The notes under the pieces: model-generated
Told to the model about the DNA's origin: nothing
The model's database searches: none
Seen by the model: only the letters and a program-made list of their open reading frames with translations
Program-made: the position numbers and the translations under genes
Shown: piece after piece, positions 1-6,476 of the stretch
Numbering within the stretch: position 1 is the first letter of the stretch
Layout: each line of letters opens with the position of its first letter
Origin: a bacterium
GTDB lineage: Bacteria; Joyebacterota; Joyebacteria; Joyebacterales; Joyebacteraceae
NCBI GenBank assembly: GCA_025782345.1
Contig: JALGZG010000260.1
Coordinates: 1-11,497, forward strand
Reading direction: 5' to 3'
DNA: 11,497 nucleotides

Positions 1-393
1 GTCGTCTGGGCCCTCACCGGGATGTGGAGGCAGCAGCACCAGCCGACCATACTGCCCAACGGCAGGATGCTTCTCTTCGACAACAAGGCAGGGACGGAGG
101 TTTCCAGGGTCATGGAGCTCGACCCCTTCTCACAGGCCGTGGCGTGGAGCTACCGTGGCACGCCGGAGCGTCCCTTCTACAGCGAAACGTGCGGGTCCAA
201 CCAGAGGCTTCCGAACGGCAACACGCTCATCACCGAATCGGACAACGGCAGGGCGTTCGAGGTGACTCCCGAGGGAACCGTCGTCTGGGAGTACATCAAC
301 CCCAACCATGCGGGCCCCGACGGCGAGTACGTAGCGACGCTCTTCGAGGTCGTCAGACTGCCTTCCGCAAAGCGGCCGGACTGGATGGAGTAG
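1..393 (+). CDS. 3' portion of a secreted beta-propeller-like protein, paralog P0 of the three genes at 3807..7829. It is 5'-truncated by the window edge. Possibly arylsulfotransferase (ASST)-like family.
   Basis: The frame is open from nt 1 (VVWALTGMWRQQHQPTILPNGRMLLFDNKAG...). The C-terminal 130 aa align block-by-block with the C-termini of the three downstream paralogs (QHxP..L.NGN..(V/L)FDN, RLPNGNTLITESD.GRAFEVTPEGTVVWEY.NP, ATLFEV.RLP, DW(M/L)E). Stop TAG at 391-393. Confidence 0.75.
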   Translation, partial: VVWALTGMWRQQHQPTILPNGRMLLFDNKAGTEVSRVMELDPFSQAVAWSYRGTPERPFYSETCGSNQRLPNGNTLITESDNGRAFEVTPEGTVVWEYINPNHAGPDGEYVATLFEVVRLPSAKRPDWME

Positions 394-394
394 G

Positions 395-1222
395 CTACTG
401 CTCCACGCCGCTCGTCAACCCCTCCACGATCCTTTTCTGGAAGAGCGCGACCAGCGCGAGAACCGGTAGTACGCTCACGACCGTGGCGGCCGCGATCGTC
501 GCCCACGGCAGCTCGTGCAGTCCTGCGAAGAGCGCCAGCGCGACCGGGACCGTTCGCGACTCCGGAGTGGACGTGAGTATCAGCGCGAAGAGGAACTCGT
601 TCCACGCGAATATGAAGATCAACACCGCCGCCGTGAACACGCCGGGCGCGGCGAGCGGCAGTATGATCTGGAAGAACGCCCTCGCCGGCGTGCACCCGTC
701 CACCATGGCGGCGTCCTCCAGGCTCGTGGGGAGCGTCGAGAAGAAGTGCGTGAGGATCCACACGGCCAGCGGCAGCGACAGCAGGGTGTAGGGGAGGACG
801 AGCGCCGGGTAGCGGTTGATGAGCCCGAGCCTCGCCATGCCGAGGTAGAGCGGTCCTATCATGCCGATGGCCGGGAAGATGGCTATTCCCAGGAAGAGCG
901 CCATTATCAGGTTCTTGCGTTTGACCTTCAGCCGGGCCAGCGCGTAGGCCGCCGGAGCGCCGAGCGCGAGCGTGAGGAGTGTTGTCAGGGACGCCACGAC
1001 GAAACTGTTCGCTATGTTCCGCGGGAACTGGTTGACCTCGAAGACCGCCCGGAAGTTCTCGGACACGGCCGGGTTGGGGAAGTAGTCGAGCGGCCTCTTG
1101 TACAGCGCGTTGGGCGACGACAGCGCTACGTTCAGGATCCAGTAGAGGGGGAACAGGCACGCGACCACGAGCAGCCCCCTCGCGACCCACAGCCACAGTG
1201 TCTTTCCCCGGAATCGTCTCAC
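395..1222 (-). CDS. Carbohydrate ABC transporter permease (MalG/UgpE-like, CUT1 family). Probable GTG start at 1222 overlapping the upstream permease stop (GTGA).
   Basis: The translation shows six TM segments and an EAA loop (EDAAMVDGCTPARAFFQIILPLAAPG). The six-frame ORF 395..1762 has no internal ATG before the TM core and overlaps the upstream permease by 540 nt, so it is over-extended. A GTG at 1222..1220 sits directly on the TGA of the upstream gene, with AGGGGA 8 nt upstream. The resulting 275 aa length is typical for this family. Confidence 0.8.
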   Translation of the reverse strand: MRRFRGKTLWLWVARGLLVVACLFPLYWILNVALSSPNALYKRPLDYFPNPAVSENFRAVFEVNQFPRNIANSFVVASLTTLLTLALGAPAAYALARLKVKRKNLIMALFLGIAIFPAIGMIGPLYLGMARLGLINRYPALVLPYTLLSLPLAVWILTHFFSTLPTSLEDAAMVDGCTPARAFFQIILPLAAPGVFTAAVLIFIFAWNEFLFALILTSTPESRTVPVALALFAGLHELPWATIAAATVVSVLPVLALVALFQKRIVEGLTSGVEQ

Positions 1223-2094
1223 CGCGTTTCCCCTGATATCCGCATGAACCGGATGAGCCCGAGGCTCAGTACGAACACGATGACGAAGAGCGCTACCGTC
1301 ATCGTCGAGCCGTAGCCGAGGTCCCCGTACCTGAAGAGGACTCTGTAGATGTAGATGGAGAGCGTCTCGGTGCGCGACGCTCCGCCCGTCAGCACCCAGA
1401 TCAGGTCGAAGACGCGGAAGGCGTCCATCGTTCTGAAGAGCACCGCGATGGCGATGAAGGGCTTGAGAAGTGGGAGCGTGATGGAGCGGAACACCGCCCA
1501 GCGCCCGGCCCCGTCCAGCGCGGCTGCCTCGTAGTACTGGTTGGGGATCGATTTCAGGCCCGCCAGCAGAATGATGGCGACGAAGGGGGTCGTCTTCCAC
1601 ACGTCGGCGAGAATGACCGACGTCATCGCAAGCCTGGGCCCGAGCCAGACGATGGGTTCTCCCATCAGACCCAGTCGCTCGAGGACGGAGTTGACGAGTC
1701 CGATCCGGTCGTTGAGAAGCAGCGACCACATGGTCGCCGCAACGACCGTGGGGAGTGCCCACGGTACCATGAGCGACGAGTTCATCGCCGTCCGACCCCT
1801 GAGCACCCTGTTGAGGACCAGCGCCGCCGCGAGACCAAGGACGAGCTCAAGTCCGACCGAGACCACCGTGAAGTACGCGGTGTGTCCCAGGTCCTGCCAG
1901 AAGACCCCGTCGGAGACGAGCTGCGCGAAGTTCGAGAGCCCCGCGAACCCGCGCTCGTCCGCGAACTTCAGGTTGAACTTCGTGAAGCTCAGCGCGAACT
2001 GGCTGAGCACGGGGAAAGCGCCCAGGACCACCACGAACGTGAGCGCGGGTGCGAGAAGCCAGAATGCGAGGCGTGCTCTCTGCCTGGCGTTCAT
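1219..2094 (-). CDS. Carbohydrate ABC transporter permease (MalF/UgpA-like, CUT1 family), 291 aa.
   Basis: N-terminal MNARQRARLAFWLLAPALTFVV TM segment, multiple TM segments, and an EAA motif EAAALDGAGRWAVFRSITLPLLKP. It is 26 nt downstream of the SBP gene on the same strand. Confidence 0.85.
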   Translation of the reverse strand: MNARQRARLAFWLLAPALTFVVVLGAFPVLSQFALSFTKFNLKFADERGFAGLSNFAQLVSDGVFWQDLGHTAYFTVVSVGLELVLGLAAALVLNRVLRGRTAMNSSLMVPWALPTVVAATMWSLLLNDRIGLVNSVLERLGLMGEPIVWLGPRLAMTSVILADVWKTTPFVAIILLAGLKSIPNQYYEAAALDGAGRWAVFRSITLPLLKPFIAIAVLFRTMDAFRVFDLIWVLTGGASRTETLSIYIYRVLFRYGDLGYGSTMTVALFVIVFVLSLGLIRFMRISGETR

Positions 2095-2120
2095 CGGGTG
2101 TCGTCTCTCCCGGCCGTTGC

Positions 2121-3368
2121 CTACTCCGCCATGATCTCCGCGAGCTCCCTCACCATGTCAGCGGCGGCCGTAGCGGGCTCGATCTCGTACGTGAGGGTCC
2201 GATGAACGTTTTCTTGAATGATGTCCGACATGCGCGGGTAGTGAGGAGACCTGGGTCTGTTGCGCGTGTTCTGGAAGACCTCGGAGAAGCTCGCGAAGTG
2301 AGGATTCGCAGCCAGGACGTCCGCGTCCTCGTAGGTGCGTCTCAGCGTCGGCAGGTAACCGCCCTCGATCGCACGTTCCTTCATCGACCTCTCGCCCGTG
2401 ATAAAGCGCAGGAAGTCCAGCGCCTCGTCGGGATGCTCGCTGTAGGTCGACAGTGCGATGTTCCAGCCGCCTATCGTCGAGTAGCTCGTCTGCCCCTCCA
2501 CGTGAGGCAGGGGCGCGATACCGGCCAGGCCTTTGATCTTCGATCCCTCGCCCTCCGCCACGCTCCACACGTAAGGCCAGTTCCGGAGAAAGAGCGCCCG
2601 CCCCTCCGTGAAGAGCCGGCGCGAGTCCTCCTCCTTGTAGGTCAGCACTCCGGCGGGGGAGATCCCACTGTCGAGGAAGCTGAGCATCAGCCCGAGGGCC
2701 TCGGTCACGCCTCGCTCCGCGTCCGCGGGCCTCTCGACCACCGTCGCTTCGTCGAGCGTGCCGCCCACGCTCCACAGGAACTCGAGGAAGTCACACACCA
2801 GCCCCTCGTACCGGGCGCCCTGCCAGACGAAGCCGTCCATCCCCCTGGGTTCGGCTATCTCTCTACAGGCGCGGCGGAAGTCCGTCCACGTCTCGGGTAC
2901 GGGGACCCCCGCTTCCTCGAGGAGGTCCTTGCGATAGTACAGCACGCCGGCATCCGTGAACCACGGCACCGCGTAGAGCGTCCCCTTGTAGGTCACGCTC
3001 GCAAGCGGGCCGTCGAGGAACTCGTCGGTCCGGATGTAGCCCTCGGGTAGCGCCACAATCCACCCGGCGCGTGCGAACTCCGCGGTCCAGATCACGTCGA
3101 GGCTGTAGAGGTCGATGCTCGACTCGCGCGCGGACAGGTAGGTCACGTAGGCGTCGTGTTGCGTGTCGGTGTTCGCGGGCATCGCCTGGAACTCGACCCG
3201 CACACCCGGATGGGCGGCGTTGTACTCGTCGACCAGCGCCTCCGTGGCGCCGGACGGGTCGTTGCCGGCGGCGAAAACTATCTGGATGTCGCCGCTTTCC
3301 TGGGACGAACATCCGACGAGCGACATGGCGGCCAGGCAGCACAGCGCGACTGCGGTCATCGTTCTCAT
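2121..3368 (-). CDS. Extracellular solute-binding protein family 1 (sugar/oligosaccharide ABC transporter SBP), lipoprotein.
   Basis: SBP family-1 like sequence (WPYVWSV, GGWNIALS, AVPWFTDAGVLYYRKDLLEEAG). An internal ATG at 3368 gives MRTMTAVALCCLAAMSLVGC-SSQ, a lipoprotein signal with an LVGC lipobox. It is preceded by GGGAGGAG about 8 nt upstream. The ORF-track start at 3428 would add 20 non-signal residues (MARKPPRDGPDP...). Confidence 0.85.
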   Translation of the reverse strand: MRTMTAVALCCLAAMSLVGCSSQESGDIQIVFAAGNDPSGATEALVDEYNAAHPGVRVEFQAMPANTDTQHDAYVTYLSARESSIDLYSLDVIWTAEFARAGWIVALPEGYIRTDEFLDGPLASVTYKGTLYAVPWFTDAGVLYYRKDLLEEAGVPVPETWTDFRRACREIAEPRGMDGFVWQGARYEGLVCDFLEFLWSVGGTLDEATVVERPADAERGVTEALGLMLSFLDSGISPAGVLTYKEEDSRRLFTEGRALFLRNWPYVWSVAEGEGSKIKGLAGIAPLPHVEGQTSYSTIGGWNIALSTYSEHPDEALDFLRFITGERSMKERAIEGGYLPTLRRTYEDADVLAANPHFASFSEVFQNTRNRPRSPHYPRMSDIIQENVHRTLTYEIEPATAAADMVRELAEIMAE

Positions 3369-3435
3369 GGAAGGACTCCTCCCGATGCGCGTGGGATCAG
3401 GACCGTCGCGCGGCGGTTTCCTGGCCACCGCGTGG

Positions 3436-3446
3436 TGTGAGGTTCA
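3436..3446. promoter_or_regulatory. Short inverted repeat GTGA-ggt-TCAC immediately downstream of the predicted -10 of the SBP promoter, a candidate operator.
   Basis: Seen directly in the sequence (gtgaggttcac). Its position overlaps the predicted TSS of the minus-strand promoter. It is only 4+4 bp, so the support is weak. Confidence 0.2.
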
Positions 3447-3449
3447 CTC

Positions 3450-3478
3450 ATGCTAAGAGGAAGCGACGCCGGTGTCAA
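3450..3478 (-). promoter_or_regulatory. Sigma70-like promoter for the SBP-permease-permease operon. On the minus strand: -35 TTGACA (3478..3473), 17-nt spacer, -10 TAGCAT (3455..3450).
   Basis: The reverse complement of 3450..3478 reads TTGACAccggcgtcgcttcctctTAGCAT. It has a perfect -35 hexamer, canonical 17-nt spacing and a 4/6 -10 match. It lies about 80 nt upstream of the SBP ATG at 3368. Confidence 0.4.
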
Positions 3479-3613
3479 TCGGAGCGTGCATGGTTGAGAG
3501 CGCGCACGGTTGAGGTGAGCGGCGCTCGCTGCTGCCGGCCCGTTTCCCAGGCACGTTCTGCCTCACGGTGAGCGGGCTGCCGGCAGGTGTGCGGCATCGG
3601 ACCCCGGGACAGC

Positions 3614-3642
3614 TTGGGCAGGCGTGCGCGTCGTGCTATATT
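3614..3642 (+). promoter_or_regulatory. Sigma70-like promoter for the paralog operon: -35 TTGGGC (3614..3619), 17-nt spacer, -10 TATATT (3637..3642).
   Basis: cTTGGGCaggcgtgcgcgtcgtgcTATATTcg. The AT-rich hexamer is conspicuous in 68% GC DNA. Spacing is 17 nt. It lies about 165 nt upstream of the ATG at 3807 and sits inside the spurious N-terminal extension of ORF 3624..5168. Confidence 0.4.
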
Positions 3643-3806
3643 CGTTCGGTAGGCAGCACGCTGACGGAACCGCCGCACCGAGCGGGCCGCAGCACCGAAT
3701 CGACAGAGTCACGCCGGCGGCAGGGTCTCAGAGACGTCCGCCGGCCTCACAACGCAGCCCGGACGGAGGGCCCTCGGGCCCGCCGGACCGGCGCTGGAGG
3801 TCAGTG

Positions 3807-5168
3807 ATGATCCTGAACACGGGGGGACATTCCCGCCGGGGTATCAGACAGGCCCACCTGAGCGCGCTGCTGACGCTCGCTCTCTTCCTTGCAGCGTCGG
3901 TCCTCGCGCCGACGGCGTGGGCCCAGGACGATGACGACGATCCGACACGGGCCAACGAGATGACCCCTCGATCCGGCGTCAACACACCACCCGGGCGGTG
4001 GCTGCCCGCCAGGAACCAGGAGAGTCCGTCACAGCTCACCGAGGAGCAGCGGCGCGAGATCGACAGGATCAACACCATCGGCTACCTGGGAGGCCACTAC
4101 GAGCCTCCGGTGACCACGGGGCTGACCGTCCACGACCCTGAGCGCGCGTGGAGCGGCTACAACCTCTACACGTCCGGGCATTTCCCGGGCGCCATACTGA
4201 TGGACATGGAGGGGAACATCCTCCACACATGGAGATGTGCGTTCCTGGACGCATTCCCGAGCAGGGCGGACATCCTGGAGCCCGACCGCTCCAACCGCTG
4301 GCGCTACGTCCACCTGTTCGACAACGGCGACGTGCTTGGGATCTACGAGGGTCTCGGGCTCGTCAAGCTCGACGTGGACTCGAATATCATCTGGTCGCAT
4401 CAGGGCAACGAGCATCACGATCTCAAGGTCGCCGATGACGGCAGCATCTTCGTCCTGAGCAGAGAAGCGCACATGGTGCGCCGGCTGAACCAGCGGGACC
4501 CCATCCTCGAGGACTTCCTCACGATACTCAATGCTGATGGGAGTGTGATCAAGCGGTTCTCGCTTCTCTCCGCGCTCGAGAAGTCACGCTTCACGAACAT
4601 CATCAAGTCATCGGGCATGGACAGAAAGGGAGACATCTTCCACACGAACGCCGTGGAGATACTTGACGGGAGCCTGGAGTCGGAAATACCGGCGTTCAAG
4701 AAGGGTAACATCCTCACGTCGTTCCGGCGGCTGGACACGATCGCGGTCGTCGACGTGGAACTGGAGGAGGTCGTGTGGACGCAGTTCGGCCTGTGGCTCG
4801 CTCAGCACGACCCGACGCCGCTGCCGAACGGCAATCTCATGGTCTTCGACAACAGGGGGCATTACGGGGACTCGAAGGTCGTGGAGTACGATCCGACGAA
4901 CATGGACATCGCATGGATGTACGTCGGCAGTAATGAGCACCCGTTCTTCACCAGCGCCGGTGGGGCCAACCAGCGTCTTCCCAACGGCAACACGCTCATC
5001 ACGGAGTCCGACTACGGTCGCGCATTCGAGGTGACGCCCGCAGCTGAGATTGTCTGGGAGTACTTCAACCCGGCCCGCGCGGGCCAGACCGACGGGTTGA
5101 TCGCGACGATATTCGAGATGACCCGGTTGCCCGCGGATTTCCCGCTGGATTGGCTGGAGGGGAGGTAG
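3807..5168 (+). CDS. Secreted beta-propeller-like protein, paralog P1 (453 aa), possibly ASST (arylsulfotransferase)-like family. N-terminal signal peptide.
   Basis: The ATG at 3807 is preceded by GGAGG (3795..3799). N-terminus is MILNTGGHSRRGIRQAHLSALLTLALFLAASVLAPTAWA-QDDDDD (signal peptide with AxA site). Conserved blocks are shared with P0, P2 and P3. The residues upstream of 3807 in ORF 3624.. are Arg/Pro-rich, non-protein-like, and overlap the predicted promoter. Confidence 0.85.
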   Translation: MILNTGGHSRRGIRQAHLSALLTLALFLAASVLAPTAWAQDDDDDPTRANEMTPRSGVNTPPGRWLPARNQESPSQLTEEQRREIDRINTIGYLGGHYEPPVTTGLTVHDPERAWSGYNLYTSGHFPGAILMDMEGNILHTWRCAFLDAFPSRADILEPDRSNRWRYVHLFDNGDVLGIYEGLGLVKLDVDSNIIWSHQGNEHHDLKVADDGSIFVLSREAHMVRRLNQRDPILEDFLTILNADGSVIKRFSLLSALEKSRFTNIIKSSGMDRKGDIFHTNAVEILDGSLESEIPAFKKGNILTSFRRLDTIAVVDVELEEVVWTQFGLWLAQHDPTPLPNGNLMVFDNRGHYGDSKVVEYDPTNMDIAWMYVGSNEHPFFTSAGGANQRLPNGNTLITESDYGRAFEVTPAAEIVWEYFNPARAGQTDGLIATIFEMTRLPADFPLDWLEGR

Positions 5169-5171
5169 CAG

Positions 5172-6452
5172 TTGACCGCAGCTTCTCGCTTCGCCGCGGT
5201 TCTTGTCGCAGTCGCGCTCGCGGCCGCTCCCGCGGTCCGCGATGCCGCCGCGCTCGAAGGCAGCGAGGTTCCGGAAGGGCGCTGGCGCGCGGCGGAGCCG
5301 CGCGCGAAGTCACTGCACAGAGAGCTGACGGAGGAGCAGCTGCGCGACGTGGAGAGGCTCCGGTCGATCGGCTATCTTACCGGCTCACAGCCGGCGCCGC
5401 TCGTGACGGGGCTCACCGTCCACGACGCTTCGCGTGCGTACCGAGGGCTGAACCTCTACACGTCCGGTCACTTCCCCGGGGCCGTTCTGATGGACATGGA
5501 TGGCAACGTCCTGCACATGTGGGAGCGGAGCTTCCTCGATATCTGGCCCGACCGCTACGCCGACTTCGATTCCGAGAATGCCCAGTACTGGAGATTCGTC
5601 CACCTGTTCGACAACGGTGACGTGCTCGCGGTATTCGAGGGCCTCGGGCTTGTCAAACTGGACAGGGACTCGCGGGTCATCTGGACACATACGGGCGGCG
5701 ACCACCACGATCTCAAGGTGACGGAGGACGGCCTCATCTACGTTCTTACCCGCGAGGTTGTGATCGACCCCCGCATCAACGCGGACGAGCCCATACTGGA
5801 GGATCATGTTACGATCCTCGATTCGGACGGACGGGAGCTCAGAAGCGTATCGGTGCTCAGCGCCATGGGCAATTCCAGCTACCTGCATCTGATGGCGGGG
5901 ATGAGCGCCAAAGGCGACATCTTCCACACGAACGCCATTGAGATACTCGACGGAAGGCTGGCGGACGAGCTGCCCGCCTTCAAGGCGGGGAGCGTCCTTC
6001 TGTCGCTTCGGACGCTCAGTCTCCTTGTGGTTCTGGACCTCGACGCCGGGCTGGCCACGTGGGTGTGCAAGGGGGCGTGGCGCAAGCAGCACGATCCGTC
6101 CGTGCTCGACAACGGCAACATTCTCATCTTCGACAACAACGGAAACAACGACAGGTCGCGCGTCATCGAGTTCAACCCGGTCACTGACAGGATCGAGTGG
6201 GTATACCAGACCGTGCCGGCGGATGGCTTCTACTCGCAGATGTGCGGCGCGGCAACGCGGTTGCCCAACGGCAACACGCTCGCGACGGAATCGGACCGTG
6301 GCAGAGCGATCGAGGTGACGCCGGACGGTGACACCGTCTGGGAATACCTGAACCCGAAGCGAGCGGGAGATAGAGGGGAACTCGTTGCGACGCTCTTCGA
6401 GATGATCCGTCTGCCCGCGGATTTCCCGCTGGATTGGCTCTACGATCGTTAG
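5172..6452 (+). CDS. Secreted beta-propeller-like protein, paralog P2 (426 aa). TTG start, 3 nt after the P1 stop.
   Basis: GGAGGGGAGG-TAG-cag-TTG is a strong SD spanning the P1 stop, with TTG at 5172. The signal peptide is MTAASRFAAVLVAVALAAAPAVRDAAA. The protein is about 50% identical to P1 and P3 across the full length. Confidence 0.85.
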   Translation: MTAASRFAAVLVAVALAAAPAVRDAAALEGSEVPEGRWRAAEPRAKSLHRELTEEQLRDVERLRSIGYLTGSQPAPLVTGLTVHDASRAYRGLNLYTSGHFPGAVLMDMDGNVLHMWERSFLDIWPDRYADFDSENAQYWRFVHLFDNGDVLAVFEGLGLVKLDRDSRVIWTHTGGDHHDLKVTEDGLIYVLTREVVIDPRINADEPILEDHVTILDSDGRELRSVSVLSAMGNSSYLHLMAGMSAKGDIFHTNAIEILDGRLADELPAFKAGSVLLSLRTLSLLVVLDLDAGLATWVCKGAWRKQHDPSVLDNGNILIFDNNGNNDRSRVIEFNPVTDRIEWVYQTVPADGFYSQMCGAATRLPNGNTLATESDRGRAIEVTPDGDTVWEYLNPKRAGDRGELVATLFEMIRLPADFPLDWLYDR

Positions 6453-6476
6453 GCACCTCACGGGAGGCCGGTCGAC

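Noticed and set aside
24-1315. Overlapping plus and minus ORFs (24..791, 177..1196, 515..1315) across the MalG-like permease gene
   Set aside because: They have low-complexity Arg/Glu/Gly-rich translations in alternative frames of a clearly membrane-protein-coding gene. They are artefacts of GC richness.
3435-3450. CRP/FNR-type site (TGTGA...TCACA)
   Set aside because: The half-site spacing is 3 nt instead of 6. It is retained only as a weak generic palindrome or operator candidate.
3156-3571. Small plus-strand ORFs (3071..3571, 3156..3440, 3163..3456) overlapping the SBP 5' end and promoter region
   Set aside because: They are Arg-rich, lack an SD and are antisense to or overlapping the SBP gene. 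The region is better explained as SBP coding sequence plus divergent promoters.
3624-3806. Upstream ATG (3624) extending P1 by 61 residues
   Set aside because: The extension (MRVVLYSFGRQHADGTAAPSGPQHRID...) is non-hydrophobic and would bury the signal peptide internally. It also overlaps the predicted -10 element. The ATG at 3807 has a proper GGAGG SD.
3643-3806. Riboswitch or other cis-RNA in the ~165-nt leader of the propeller operon
   Set aside because: I could not recognise any known riboswitch consensus (TPP, SAM, cobalamin, glycine, c-di-GMP etc.) by eye. Only a short GAGGGCCCTC palindrome is present. This needs Infernal/Rfam.
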